DNA of 64,000 bases, from assembly GCA_012295275.1 (NCBI GenBank), contig CM022676.1:15872001-15936000 (forward strand), written 5' to 3'. Under the pieces are notes generated by a model. That model worked only from the letters and a program-made list of their open reading frames with translations, had not been told where the DNA came from and did not search any database. This DNA is from Chrysomallon squamiferum. Its lineage: Eukaryota > Animalia > Mollusca. The first letter of the stretch is position 1; each line of letters begins with the position of its first letter. The position numbers and the translations under genes were made by a program. Below are positions 1 to 23,112 of this stretch, in pieces.

Positions 1-1163
1 ATTCATACTCTCTACTACTGCTACTACTACTATTACCACTGCTACTGTTGTTACTACTATTCATACACCTAAAATATTTACTAGTCTATTAAAATTAGTA
101 TTACGAGTACTACTTCTGCTATTAGTACTATTATTATTTCTACTATCATTACCAATATTAAAACTACTACGAACATTCTACATCTTTTACTACTACTATT
201 TACAACTACTAATATTACTAATATTAATATTAGTACTATCAGTTGTACTAGTAGTAGTAGCAGTAGCATTTTTGTTATCTTTAAATCTCGTTTTCTTTTA
301 TTGTGTTTTCTGTTTTCTGTCTTATTTTCTTTCTTTCTGAATCATTAAATATTTCTGTCAACATTCCTACTTACCTATTTTTCCTGTCCGTTGGTATGTT
401 TGACTGTTTATTTCTATTCATTAATCTGTGCGAATGCGTTCTCGAATATTCTGTGTGCAGAGTATAATCAGACGTAGATAGGTAATATTCAGATGATACA
501 GTAGAATAAGTAAATTAATAATGAATATTAATTAATTCTAAAAAGAACAAATATTATATTTTTGAAGCCCATTAATATTACAGTAACTACAATATATAAT
601 TAAAATTTCCTGGAAATGTCAGTTTTATCATGTAATTAAAATGTACAAGATCATAACAATTCATGTTAATTGTAATCATACACCTTATGATAATAAATCC
701 ATTGTGATTGTTATGATTGTGATGTTTGATTTACTGAGATCAGGTTTTACAAAGCTAAACAACGTCTGATTTACAACGGTTAGTGAAATTAACTGAACAA
801 AGAGATCAAAAAATAATAAGTGTTGAGTTTTAAAATATTTAATTAACATAAGTGAATGCTTCTTAAAACAATTAAGACGTGGGTTACTTGCTGCACTTCA
901 AAAATCTGCAACATAAACAAAATACTGAACGGTAATAATGGTTTTCTGATGTTACAACTTCTTTAGTAAACACACTCACACACACACACACACAAACACA
1001 CACAAACACACACTCGCATATATATATTAAATAATGTTCTCATTTTTCTTTGAATGATAGTTTTGGTTCTGTGCTGTCATTAAATAAAGAAAATCTTCTT
1101 CTTCTCTTTCTTCCTGTTCTTCTGGCTGTTATTATTATTTATTTTGTTTTCCTTTTATTTTTT

Positions 1164-1213
<50 letters not shown>

Positions 1214-1480
1214 AGAATACCCTTTTCGTTTAACCAAATAGTTCTTGAATTAAAGATTAACAAGTAGTAAAAAGGTGACACAAATTAGGTCATATCTAAG
1301 GCCTCGGTGTAAGAGTGTAAAAACTGCAAGAATTTGAAAAACACAAAGTGAGAATAACTAAACTCTTACAAAAACGTGTCAATTAACTAGCCACGTCACA
1401 TCGTTTAATCTCACTCGTTGTCTTTGACCTTCACCGAAATCACCTTTCATGTTCGCCGACATTTGTAAACGTAGAAAAAA

Positions 1481-1741
1481 CAAATGGCGGCGACGATATT
1501 TATGTGTAAATATATGAAGTTTACGTAATATTATTGTAGGCAGTGATTGGCTGGGTGTAAGTAAAGTTGGCTCTGATTGGTTGATTTCTAAAATAACAAG
1601 AAGTAAGTTTAAATATAAGTCTGAGAGTTAATTTTGATTGACAGTGATTGACACACAAGACTCAGTAAGTTTATTTGAAATTGAATGAACTTATTTTTGA
1701 CTGCACACGAAATACATTCATTCTTCTGATTTGAGGTAAGT
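1481..1741 (+). promoter_or_regulatory. Putative promoter and non-coding exon 1 of orphan gene copy 1
   Basis: YY1-like AAATGGCGGC (1482-1491), two inverted CCAAT boxes (ATTGG 1546-1550 and 1576-1580), TTTAAATATAAG ~1608-1619, donor GAG|GTAAGT at 1736. Conserved in copies 2, 4 and 5. Confidence 0.6.
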
Positions 1742-1848
1742 CGAAATGGTTTAGTTTTTCTTACTTAATGAAAAGGTAAGATTCTGTATAAATCTCTGCC
1801 TCCCTCTCTCTCCTTTTTCATCTTTTAATATACATCAACAGTACTTGT

Positions 1849-1909
<61 letters not shown>

Positions 1910-2374
1910 GTAAAAGAAGAAGAAGAAGAAACCAAGAGCGACACTGAGAAGGATTTGATGTTAATGATACTGCTAGATGATGTTTAAGAAAATTAAATAG
2001 TTACTTTTCATATATTATTCCCACAATCACGAATCTTTTCGCATATATAAATATATTTAGCCTGCAACAAACAGAGAAAAGAAAAACAAGAACAGAAAAC
2101 ATATGATACATGCTGGTGTTAGTCGATAAAAGTATTTTCAGATTACACAAGTCAGACACCAGTCAGACTTTAGTCTACTCAGTACCAGTTTAATACGCAG
2201 TAGACATTGAAATCACTTGAGTACGAATGCAAACAACTGATTGTTTTCTAATTAACTGCTACAAGCTTAAACGTGATGCTTAGCTTTTCACTACTGTTTC
2301 TAAAATAATCCTCAATTCATATAAAACTAACAATATTTATTCAGTAAGAAAGAGAAAATAATAATAATAATAAC

Positions 2375-2438
<64 letters not shown>

Positions 2439-2767
2439 TAAAACGAGGAGATTGAGAAAAAAAATATTTGATATTTTGAATTAAAATTCGGAACGAAGAG
2501 AAAAGAACAAAATACACAACAGAAGAAGAAAAAAACGTGATTTAATCTTTAATTAGGAACCACAGACTGTGTATATTTTATATTTTACTTGGCGCCATGT
2601 ACTCCATTATTTGGGTTTGCATAAGTAAATGTTCCGTACACAGTTTCGAAAAGTATTTTATCTTGTTATTATTATTATTATTTATTATTAGTATTAGTAT
2701 TAGTATTATTGTAGTAGTTGTTGTAGTTTAGTAGTATTTAGTATTTCATATTATTTTTTATTTTTTC

Positions 2768-2798
<31 letters not shown>

Positions 2799-2900
2799 GG
2801 TGTTGTTGTCCTTTATTATTACTTTCATCATTAATTTTCCATTTATAAAGATTTTGTATACATTACATTTTCTTCTTTTCAGCAGAAATACCGAAACAGA

Positions 2901-4082
2901 ATGTGGCGATGGATAAAGAAACGAAAAATTGACAAAAAATCGAAATCGAAAGAAATTCTAAAGACTGCTGATGTAATTCCCAGCATCCTGGAAGAAGATC
3001 CTTATCATATATATGACGTAATCGATGACGTCACAGATGAAGATTTGCTACCCAGTGCAAATAAAGAGAATTTGGGCAAAGTAAATAAAGTGGGGAAAAG
3101 GCAAAACAAAATGTTAAAGGAGAAACGCCCACTTGAAGAAAAATGTAGAAATATAAAACAACGAGAACAAATACAAGAAAACCAACATGGACGGCAGAAC
3201 ATTGCTACAGTGTTGATAAGGGAGAGAACTCCGTGTCTCAGTGATGACGATTACGATGAACCGTGGTACGAGTTTGATCTCAGTGGAGCCGGGGAGTTGT
3301 CAAAATTTCTCGTGTCTGGAACTTCGAAAGAAAGCGGAAGCTACAGCTCTAGAGAAACTCAATTCAACAACGCCACCTGGTGTAAGAAACGATCACTGAG
3401 AAAGTCTTTCAGACAAGATGCAAAAGAATCTCAAAATTCAATTATACTTCCACTTCGTAACAAAGTAAACACTTTCGACAAGGAATTTAACAGTAACAAC
3501 CTCTCAGAGTTATCTACCCCTGCTGTTTTAAAATCTGATACATTCTTTGTGTGTAAATCTAACCGCAGTTCACAGCGCACCAGTACTGCAGATGCAACAG
3601 ACAGAACTAAACTACAAAACGTAAGACGACATTCTAGTTTGTCATCTTTTTCTAGCGGATTTGATGAATTTACTTCTAGCAGTTCCCTCTTCTTCTGATA
3701 CTTCAAGGATAAATTTAGAACCGGCTGTTTCTACACTGCACTCGGACAAGTGTTTTATTCGTAAAACAGGACCAAAACAGTTGAATTCTACCTCCGAAAG
3801 AAAATTCCATCCTATTACGTTAAATGTTAGTGAAGAATACGTTTATCCCGTTGACTCAGTCTACTATAGATGCCCTGAACTTCCTCCAGATTTCTCGATT
3901 GTGAAAGGAAAACAAGAAATAGTCCACGGTTCACAGAACAGGTGGAATACTAACTGTAGAAATTCTGGAAGGACCAGCTGGTCGGCGGTTCGACCCCGAT
4001 GTGGGCAAACTGTGAAAACAAAGTGCTAACTGATCTGATAAAATCTAACTACAATTTTCAAATGTTTGCTGGGTTTACGTGA
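2901..4082 (+). pseudogene. Orphan ~393-aa gene, copy 1, frameshifted (A-X type)
   Basis: Homologous to intact copies 23113-24294, 30960-32141 and 53310-54482. +1 T near 3690 gives TGA at 3696-3698; -1 C near 3995. NAGNAG acceptor cagcag at 2880-2885. Confidence 0.8.
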
Positions 4083-4257
4083 CAAAATATTAAAAATTCT
4101 GTCAAACTGAATGTAGATAAGAAAAAGTGTTAGTATTCATGCATTTTTTTTTTAATTTCATTAATAAAATACTAATTTAAAAATAATTTATGTTATTTCA
4201 TTCAAACCTCCTAGCAATTCCATCATTTAAATTGGAATAAAAAAAAAAAAAAAGAGA

Positions 4258-4330
<73 letters not shown>

Positions 4331-4363
4331 TAAAATAAAATAAAATTAAATTAAATTAATGCA

Positions 4364-4402
<39 letters not shown>

Positions 4403-4850
4403 ATGATAGTAGTAATAGAAATAGTTGTTCAGAACTGTATTAACATTTGCATCTTCAGATGTGGCAATACTATGTAGGGAAATGGGTTCATAAATTGCCA
4501 CAGAGGTAGAAGTCGTACTTGATGAGGTAGTCGTATTTGTTGTAGGAGTTTTCGGAGTTGTAGCATTAATAGTAATAAGAGTAGTAAGAGTAGCTGTAGT
4601 TGTTGTAGTGGTTGTAGAAGCAGTAGGAATATTCAATATTTTCAGTCGATCAGTAATTCAAAATGTAAAATTAGACCTGAGTAATCTACCTGTATTATGC
4701 GTGTCTCTATTTCTGTACTTGACTAGAACGTTTTATTCAGTTTTTTATCGTAGTGAAAAGACCACAAGCGCATCTTTATCATGACTTTGCTTGGATATAT
4801 ATAATTTAATTCCTAAATAAATGTATTTATTTATTTATTTATTTTTTTTT

Positions 4851-4883
<33 letters not shown>

Positions 4884-5027
4884 TTTTTTTTTTTTTTTTT
4901 TTTTATCTTTCCAGATGCAGAATAACGCTGGAAAGTAGATCTCCATATGTCCATAGAACTACTCTTATAGAAAATTATTCTCTTTGATACATTATTTAAT
5001 TAATGGGCTGTGTTCTGTATTATTACA

Positions 5028-5071
<44 letters not shown>

Positions 5072-6397
5072 AAAAAAAAAAAAAAAAAAAAATGTAGTAT
5101 TAAATCCCATTACTTTTACATAATTACATGTGTTAGGTTACAAACCTAAACAAATCAGGTTACACACAATGGTTGGTATCGATGAATGGACAGCTATCCA
5201 AATCAAAACATTTCAGAATTTAATTTTTTATATATATATATATATATTTTCTTATTAAAAAAATATCTCGATTATAAATACACAAACGATTATTTAGAAT
5301 GGAACAAATATATACATAACGTCTCTCTGATTCACATTTTTTGCGTAATTAAAACTTAACTAAAATTACTTAATGAAAACCAAACTATAATTAATAATTA
5401 CTTTATTAATATAATGTTAGCGGGTGTATATTAGAGACAGTACATTTCAGAAAAGAAAACGTCCAGATATTATTTATCTTTACTGTTTTGTTGCTAAATA
5501 TATTCAAATAAGTATAGAATATATACATATAGATTTTCTTAGAATGTGACGGTCTCTGAATACAGTTTCGTTAATTCTCTAAAGCAGTTTCCCTTTTTTC
5601 TCCATAGCGTTTTCTGAAACAGAGAAATATATATATATATGTGCGTGTGTGTGCGTGTGTGTATGTGTTTTTTGTCTTTGCTATATATATGCTATTTTGT
5701 ATCTATAAAACAGTTACTACAGCCATGTTTGAATATATCAAACTTTCTAGTGTAGCTTCAGTTGTGTTCCCTAATACCACAACGTTTTCCAGATATAACA
5801 GCAATCTTATTACCCAGCTTAAACTCCTAAATGAAAATAAATAGCATGTATTAGATTAAATTAACTCAGACAAAGAAAAAAGATACTCACACTGAATCAG
5901 GTTTCTTGATGTTTAAATGTTCGTCGTTTTCTCAGAAGTTTGTAAATAGAGTGAGTGAATTGTGTGCAGCATATTTTTGTACAGGTAATATCCCCAGAAT
6001 CCTGCAATCAGATTAATCAGTGATGTTAACAATTCTCTTTTAAACTCAGAGTGAGATACAGAGATAACCACAGATACAGATACAGACATACAGATGTATT
6101 CATACAGTGAGACAGAGGGAGAGGTGGACACGTGTGTACTAGGTGTGTATATGTGTGTATGTATGTGTACATATACACAAATATATACACAGATAGACAG
6201 ACGGATTTAGAGATCGTTAGAAAGATGGAAGATTTATTCCCTCATGTGTTACGCGATATTGATACATTATTTTCTTTCAAACAAACAATGGAACAAAATG
6301 AAACTGAAGTCATAAATAATTGAACATAATTACACATAAATCAAATTTGCTACTTAAGACTTGATTCAGTGTGTTGTGTCACATATTTTATTTTTAC

Positions 6398-6694
6398 CTT
6401 CAAGTGACACACTTAATTGCGTCGTCTCGCCTCTACATCCGAGTGTGTTACACGCCACAACCCGCACCAAGTAACGTCTGTTTCTCTCCAGCTCACTCAG
6501 TTCGGTAGTGTGCGTAGACTGGTTTCCTGCTTCTAGGAATTCGTCAGCGTTCGTCCACGTCGACGTCGTGTTAAAACGATACTGGACTAAAAACCATTGT
6601 CCATGTCCGCCATTGAACTCTTCAGTCCAGGAAACACACAAAGAAGTTGGACCATTCCGGTATGCTTTGACATCAGATGGAACAGTCGGAAGTC
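6398..6694 (-). CDS. FN3 exon of SRCR-Ig-FN3 gene, left copy
   Basis: LPTVPSDVKAY..VSWTEEFNGGHGQWFLVQY..YLVRVVACNTLG; AG/GT bounded, phase 1-1. Confidence 0.85.
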
Positions 6695-7080
6695 CTGTTC
6701 AATTATAAAATAGAAGAAAATTGTTTTAAACCGTATTCAGTTGTTTATCGTTTCATTCATTCATTCATTCATTCATTGATTATCCATTTATTTATTTAAT
6801 GTCATACAAATCCACATCCATACATGCATACGTACATTCATTCACACACACACAGATACACACACATAGTCACATACACATTCATACAGTTATACACGCA
6901 TACACACATAAATGCATACATACAAATATACATTCGTAAATATATATATATAAACACAAACATACAACCTTACGTAGGAACGTACATAACGATAGAAAAA
7001 AGAAAGAAAAAAAAAAAAAACAAGCATTCGGACGTACACATAACAATTATTCACACGCAAACGATAATCAGGTTTCTCAC

Positions 7081-7389
7081 CGTCTGTGTCAACCGACAGC
7101 GTCACAAGAAGATCTGTCGACGAGTCTCCATTTGACACGTTCACGTGATACACGCCAAAATCTTCTGTTTGAACATTGTACAAAGTGTAATAACCAACAG
7201 ATGAAGCATAACTCTCATTAAAGACTGAGCTGCCAGCACCCAGTCTTACGGGGATTTTGTCTGTAACTTTGTACCAGGAGAAAACGGGTTCTGGATTCGC
7301 TATTACTGACACGTTCAGAGTCAAGTTAATGTAGATTGCTGTTTTAACCATTCCGTGGAATGAAACTCGATGATCAAGTCTTGGAGAAC
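7081..7389 (-). CDS. Ig (Cys-less, I-set-like) exon of SRCR-Ig-FN3 gene, left copy
   Basis: SPRLDHR..VIANPEPVFSWYK..LYNVQTEDFGVYHVNVSNG; AG/GT bounded, phase 1-1. Confidence 0.85.
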
Positions 7390-8558
7390 CTGAAACGATA
7401 GATATATAAATGATCTACTTAAATAAAAGCTGCATAGTCCTTTAGTGTAATTATTTGGACTAATGAAAGACAGAACTGTTTCATTTAACATCAAATATTT
7501 TTGTTTTGGTCATTTGGTGTCAATTGTAAGATTCAAAAATACCACAAATAATAAACACAAACATATACAAAGTATTGGAAACATACCCATCTAAAGAATA
7601 TGAAGGTTACACTCAGCTATTTACATATTAAATTATAAACACATAGACACAATAAAACAAAGGAAACATACAGTCTCATAAACAAAATATTGTGTTACAC
7701 ATATACAAAGTCCACAATGATTGCACCTTATATACTGAGTTACATACACACATATACTGAGTTACACACAAACACACAGTAAAACAGCTTGATGTACAGT
7801 CACATACACACACATACATTACGTTATACACTGATGCACTCAGTTAAGAACATGAATATAAAGTCATATTGGCACATATTAACTTACATACTCGTAAACA
7901 CACACAAACAACACGTACCAACAGATACACATACATATTTATAAAAATAAAAAAACACACGGGGAGAAACTAGTTCAAAGGGTTATTAAATGAAGGTTGG
8001 AATTACGAATTGTTTTTATCAGCTCCTTTTTTTTCCTTTTATTTTATTTATTTATTTATATATTTATTATCATTATTTATTATTTATTATTTTTTTCTAT
8101 TTGTGATTATAAGATGGTTTTAGAAACCTCTGATTAAAGAATCATGCTACTGAAATTGCAGTTTTGTTTTGTTTGAGGTTTACTTATAAACACACACTAC
8201 ACACAAGCTAGGAAAATTAATACTATAAAATAAAACATACAACTATAGTTTTTAGAACAACTAGCTAAACGTTTTCTTGTTGATGAATGGTTGCTTTTGA
8301 TTAAATGTCATTGGTTTTGTATGAACAGATGAATTTTCGTTTACTTCTGGCGTTACATACAGAAGTCATATAAAATACTTGTATGTAAATATATGCTTAT
8401 AGGTGTTCATACTTTCACTGCCATCGTTGCTTTCAGGTATACTGAATTTTACAATACTTTTTTTTTTTTTTCAATCATTAACTCAGAATTAACATCCCCG
8501 AAGCCACATAAATGATATAAGAACCGTTTGAAGCAAAACGGTCATTAACGTAAACATA

Positions 8559-8664
<106 letters not shown>

Positions 8665-8973
8665 TAAAAATAAGATAAATAAATAAATAAATAAAGTAAT
8701 GAAAACTAGATATAATCATGACTAAACTTGTTCAAACCAAAGAAAATTAGGAGTCATTATGGTATTGTGTCTAAAATGCGACTAGAGATACCTAACGGAT
8801 AACGTCATTTCATTGTCAAGATTCCCCAACCAAAGACATGGAGCTTGTAATTTCAGATAACAAATTTGAAACGGTAATTAATTTTTTTTGACAGAACCCG
8901 ATGATTACAAGAAAAAAAGGACAGACAGATATTTTTAATTTAATTCACGAGATAGAGCGAGAGATAGATAGAG

Positions 8974-9174
<201 letters not shown>

Positions 9175-9239
9175 GAGAGCAAAAACACAAGTTTATTTTA
9201 CTGATGAACAGGATAAAAAAAAAACAGATGTAAACTGAC

Positions 9240-9410
9240 ATTGACAGCTGATACCAGCATCCTCCCTGTGACCACAGTTGTGTTTTACCCCAGCCACGAA
9301 ATGAACACTTTTCAACACTGTCTTCATCTCCATCACATCTCAGATCATCAAGCCATATTTGTCCAGTTCCCTCTCCAAAGTGAGCTCTTTGATATGATGT
9401 AGCATTAAAA
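9240..9410 (-). CDS. SRCR domain 4 second half-exon, left copy, +1 frameshift
   Basis: [27 protein letters not shown]; extra base in the T-run at 9283-9286. Confidence 0.8.
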
Positions 9411-9771
9411 CTTAAATAAAATAAATAATATGTAGAATAAAATTAATATTATTCAGTGTGGCTTACAAAATATCGTCAACAGATATCCTTTTAGTTCTAA
9501 TATCTTCATAATCTCCTTCCTCATCATCATCATCATCATCATCATCCTTCACACAGATTATTAGTGTAATTTTTTGCTGTTCCTCTTAGTTTTATTGTTC
9601 TCCTCTTCTTATTCTCCTTCTTCTTTTTCTTCTTCATTACTAACTTTGTCAGTAAAATCAAAATACACCTATATAAGATATTATCGATCAGAAAATAAGT
9701 ACTACATAAAAAAATAAATTAAGTACGTGAGTAAATAAGTAAGTAGGTAAATAAATAAATAAAACAATTAC

Positions 9772-9916
9772 CGACTAAATCCTAACATGTGACATAAAAC
9801 AGAAGCATCTTTGTCATCAAAATCATCATCACAAATTGTTCCCCACGTCCCGTTTACTTGAATCTCAACTCGACCTTGTGTTGGTTTTCCTCCTCCATTT
9901 ACTAAACGTACTCGTA
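9772..9916 (-). CDS. SRCR domain 4 first half-exon, left copy
   Basis: [45 protein letters not shown]; 145 bp, AG/GT bounded. Confidence 0.88.
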
Positions 9917-10678
9917 CTGAAACAATATTTTGTTTAGATAATTATGACCAGTGAAATATAATAATATTTTGTTTAAAAATGCATATGTTTTTCTTTTTCA
10001 GAATGTGTGACTGATATTACATAATAAAAGCAGTTATGTTCGACGTGGATGTGGCTATATCTCTGTTGTTGTCACAGGTATCCGTGATTAGTAGTATTTA
10101 ACTTTAGTTTGACTTTAACTACAGTTATTTCAATAAACTCCAATAATAATAATTTCCTGTTTTAGTTTGTGATTTTAGGCATAGTTCTGCCAGTTTGGGG
10201 ATCCTTTGGTAAAGATTAGTGATAAATAAAATTAATATGTGAGTATGTTTAAGCAGCAAGTATTAATATTAAACAAATTATAATAAAATCTGGACCCTAA
10301 AAATAAATTAATATATAAATAAAAAACTAAATAAATAAAATTAAAGAGAAAGGACAAAGAAAATGAAGACAAATTTCATACGCTTTTATCTCTACTTGAA
10401 TAAATTCTTAAGAAACAGGTGAAATTTTTATTTTGTCTTACATCTGTCTTGTACCTGCCGTACACATTATTAACACACTTACTATTTTCATATGAAACAA
10501 GACAACGTCAGGCATGGACTTACACTAAATAAATAACAGAGACTCCGACCTGATTAACATTATATTTCCGTTTTGTTTCATTACATCTTCTAGATTGCTC
10601 ACTTTTAGTCGGTTCACGAAATATATATATATATATTTTTTCAATAATGTTGCTAATTCTTTATATATTTCGACTTAC

Positions 10679-10854
10679 AATAATTCAAACAACTGATTCC
10701 CACGTCTTGCTTATGACTACAGTTGTTGTCACCCCAAGTAGAGAATGAACAATAGTCTACACTTTCTTCATCTCCCTTACAGTCAAGTCCATCAAGCCAA
10801 ATAGGTCCACTGCCTTGTCCAAACTGAGATGCTGTGTAGAATTTTGCTTCGAAA
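10679..10854 (-). CDS. SRCR domain 3 second half-exon, left copy
   Basis: FGQGSGPIWLDGLDCKGDEESVDYC..WGDNNCSHKQDVGISC. Confidence 0.88.
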
Positions 10855-10904
10855 CTGAAAATAGTGTTAATGATGATAACGATGATGATGATAATAATAA
10901 TAAT

Positions 10905-10954
<50 letters not shown>

Positions 10955-11464
10955 AGAATCCCTTATCCGAAATATACACACGTACAGAAACTGCTATTTC
11001 TGGATTTTAGGTCCGTAACGTTTCGTCATTAACAAAGTTCCCAAATAATATTTCGATTAAGATATATCTCCTTTGATTATGATCAGTTCTCTAGCCAATT
11101 ATAATACTGCGACTACGTGTGTACAGTCAGCAAATGTCGCAAAAGTCTCAGCCACAAATGTCGCTACATGATAACAATTAACATTCTTACTTATTTGAAA
11201 GTTTAGAACATCTTTCATATTTATTTTTTCTAACTAAAATTGGAGAACAGTTCCATTTAGAACGACGTCACTGCAATTTGTTCTTAATTCTGATAAACTA
11301 CAAACTCAGAAAAAGAAATAATTTGAATTAACATTTCACAATCTTAAATAGTTGTGCACATTTTTGATCAGAATCTATTATAACGTGAAATGTAAGTTGT
11401 AGACGCAATTTCCTACTGTTAGATATAAACAGAAATGTTTACAAATGCAGTCACGCCTATTTAC

Positions 11465-11609
11465 CGACTAAAACCCAGCATGTAACAGATGACAGCAGCA
11501 TCTCTGTCGTCAAATTCATTATCACAGACAGTTCCCCATGTCCCGTTGTTTTCTATTTCAAGTCTGCCTTGTGTTTCAATTCCTCCTCCATTGACCAGTC
11601 GAACAGAAA
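11465..11609 (-). CDS. SRCR domain 3 first half-exon, left copy
   Basis: [45 protein letters not shown]. Confidence 0.88.
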
Positions 11610-12005
11610 CTGAACTCAGTTCAAGAAAGGATTAAAAGATAATTTTAAAATATTTTGATTAAAAATACTACTACTACTACTGCTACTTCTACTACTACAA
11701 CTACTACTACTACTGCTACTACTACTATTACTACCACTACTACTACTACTACTACTAATAATAATAATAATAAAAAAATAATAATAACAATAATGATATC
11801 CGATGTATTACAAGGACGTTTTTTCACATCCATAAGTATATACAAACACGTTCATTATATAATTTCATATACACAGAAAAAATGAGACAAAAAATGTACA
11901 GACAGAGAGAGGGTAATGGGCATTATTCAGTATGTTTAATAAGGAAAACATCAAACTAATATATGTTTCAAAACGGAAAGAACACTATTAACAAAAATAG
12001 CATAC

Positions 12006-12155
12006 CTTGTTTTAAACAGCTAATTCCCAAATCCTCTTTATGATACAATTTTTGTTATCCCAGTCATAGAAAGAACAGTGATTTACTCCATTTTCATCTT
12101 TAACACAGTTAACATCATCAACCCATACTGGTCCTGTTCCTTCTCCAAAGTGAGC
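12006..12155 (-). CDS. SRCR domain 2 second half-exon, left copy, truncated by gap; -1 deletion near 12040
   Basis: [17 protein letters not shown]; lacks one base relative to the right copy at ~15080-15087. Confidence 0.8.
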
Positions 12156-12355
12156 NNNNNNNNNNNNNNNNNNNNNNNNNNNNNNNNNNNNNNNNNNNNN
12201 NNNNNNNNNNNNNNNNNNNNNNNNNNNNNNNNNNNNNNNNNNNNNNNNNNNNNNNNNNNNNNNNNNNNNNNNNNNNNNNNNNNNNNNNNNNNNNNNNNNN
12301 NNNNNNNNNNNNNNNNNNNNNNNNNNNNNNNNNNNNNNNNNNNNNNNNNNNNNNN
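12156..12355. other. Assembly gap (200 N)
   Basis: Run of N. Confidence 1.
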
Positions 12356-12582
12356 GTTCAGTTACGTATTGCTCGAGTTTATAGAAAATAACTGGGTCCA
12401 AATTAGTGTTAGAGATATAACTACATTTTCTATAACTTTACTTTTATTATCAAATCATGTTTTTTTTTTTTTTTTTTTTACAATACAAAATAAGAGGATA
12501 TATTTATATACATTTTTTTTTCTTCTAAACAAATTATACTACTCTAACTCACTGGAAGCATATGAACCTATTATTATTTCAG

Positions 12583-20788
<8,206 letters not shown>

Positions 20789-21569
20789 GTAAAAATAAAA
20801 TATGAACACCTCACATCAAATCAAGTCTTAAGTAGCAATTTGATTTATGTGTAATTATGTTCAATTATTTATGACTTAAGTTTCATTTTGTTCCATTGTT
20901 TGTTTGAAAGAAAATAATGTATCAGTATCGCGTAACACACAACGGAATAAATCTTCAATCTTTTTAACGATATCTAAATCCATCTGTCTATCTGTCTATA
21001 TGTGTGTGTATATGTACAAATACATACACACATATACACGCCTAGTACACACGTGTCCACCTCTCCCTCTGTCTCACTGTATGAATATATCTGTATGTCT
21101 GTATCTGTATCTGTGGTTATCTCTGTATCTCACTCTGAGTTTAAAATAGAATTGTTGACATCACTGATTAATCTGATTGCAGGATTCTGGGGATATTACC
21201 TGTACAAAAAAATGCTGCACACAATTCACTCACTCTATTTACAAACTTCTGAGAAAACGACGAACACTTAAACATCGAGAAACCTGATTCAGTGTGAGTA
21301 TCTTTTTTCTTTTTCTGAGTTAATTTAATCTAATACAAATTATTTATTTTCATTTAGGAGTTTAAGCTGGGTAATAAGATTACTGTTATATCTGGAAAAC
21401 GTTGTGGTATTAGGGAACACAACTGAAGCTACACTAGAAAGTTTGATATATTCAAACATGGCTTTAGTAACTGTTTTATAGATACTAAATAGCATATATA
21501 TAGCACAGACAAAAAAACACATACACACACGCACACACACAGACGCACGCAACCACAAACGGACACACA

Positions 21570-21602
<33 letters not shown>

Positions 21603-22826
21603 TCTCTGTTTCAGAAAACGCTATGGAGAAAAAAGGGAAACTGCTTCAGACAATTAACGAAACTCTATTCAGAGACTGTCACATTCTAAGAAAATCTATA
21701 TGTATATATTCTATACTTATTTGAATATATTTAGCAACAAAACAGTAAAGATAAATAATATTTGGACGTTTTCTTTTCTGAAATGAACTGTCTCTAATAT
21801 ACACCCGCTAACATTATATTAATAAAGTAATTATTAATTATAGTTTGGTTTTCATTACGTAATTTTAGTTAAGTTTTAATTACGCAAAAAATGTGAGTCA
21901 GAGAGACGTTATGTAGATATTTTTTCCATTCTAAATAATCGTTTGTGTATTTATAATCTAGATATTTCTTAATAAGAATGTGTATATATATAGAAAATTA
22001 AATTCTGAAATGTTTTGATTTGGATAGCTGCCATTCATCGATACCAACCATTGTATGTAACCTGATTTGTTTAGGTGTGTAACCTAACACATGTAATTAT
22101 GTAAAAGTATGGGGATTTGATACTACATGGTTTTTTGGGGGGTTTTTTGTGTTTTCTTATTTTTTATTTGTTTTTTTTTTTTGTTGTGTTTTATGTTTGT
22201 TGTTTTTTTATATGTAATAATACAGAACACAGCCCATTAATTAAATAATGTATCAAAGAGAATAATTTTCTATAAGAGTAGTTCTATGGACATATGGAGA
22301 TCTACTTTGCCAGCGTTATTCTGCATCTGGAAAGATAAAAAAAAAAAAAAAAAAAAAAAATAAAAATAATAATAATAATAATAAAAAAATAAAAAAAAAA
22401 AAAAAATAAAAAATAAATAAATACATTTATTTAGGAATTAAATTATATATATCCAAGCAAAGTCATGATAAAGATGCGCTTGTGGTCTTTTCACTACGAT
22501 AAAAAACTGAATAAAACGTTCTAGTCAAGTACAGAAATAGAGACACGCATAATACAGGTAGATTACTCAGGTCTAATTTTACATTTTGAATTACTGATCG
22601 ACTGAAAATATTGAATATTCCTACTGCTTCTACAACCACTACAACAACTACAGCTACTCTTACTACTCTTATTACTATTAATGCTACAACTCCTAAAACT
22701 CCTACAACAAATACGACTACCTCATCAAGTACGACTTCTACCTCTGTGGCAATTTATGAACCCATTTCCCTACATAGATGTAAATATTAATACAGTTCTG
22801 AACAACTATTTCTATTACTACTATAT

Positions 22827-22865
<39 letters not shown>

Positions 22866-22893
22866 TACATTAATTTAATTTTATTTTATTTAC

Positions 22894-22934
<41 letters not shown>

Positions 22935-23112
22935 TCTCTTTGTTTTCTTTTTTTTTTATTCCAATTTAAATGATGGAATTGCTAGGAGGTTTGAATGAAA
23001 TAACATAAATTATTTTTAAATTAGTATTTTATTAATGAAATTAAAAAAAAATGCATGAATACTAATACTTTTTCTTATCTACATTCAGTTTGACAGAATT
23101 TTTAGTAAACTG

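Larger units (their letters stand above)
1..4130 (+). repeat. Segmental duplication, direct copy of ~50335-54530 (A-type 5' flank + orphan gene)
   Basis: Position 1 attcatactctctactactg matches 50335 attcataatctctactactg. Colinear through promoter, intron and ORF; diverges shortly after the stop codon. Confidence 0.92.

Noticed and set aside
2901-4082. Orphan gene as a transposon or retrocopy
   Set aside because: No TIR, LTR, poly-A or TSD and no transposase or RT motifs; copies carry their intron and kilobases of flank, i.e. segmental duplication.
21183-21700. TM/cytoplasmic exons for the SRCR-Ig-FN3 gene
   Set aside because: Exon-like pieces exist, but the in-phase frame stops at 21271 and has no hydrophobic segment; cannot be modelled.
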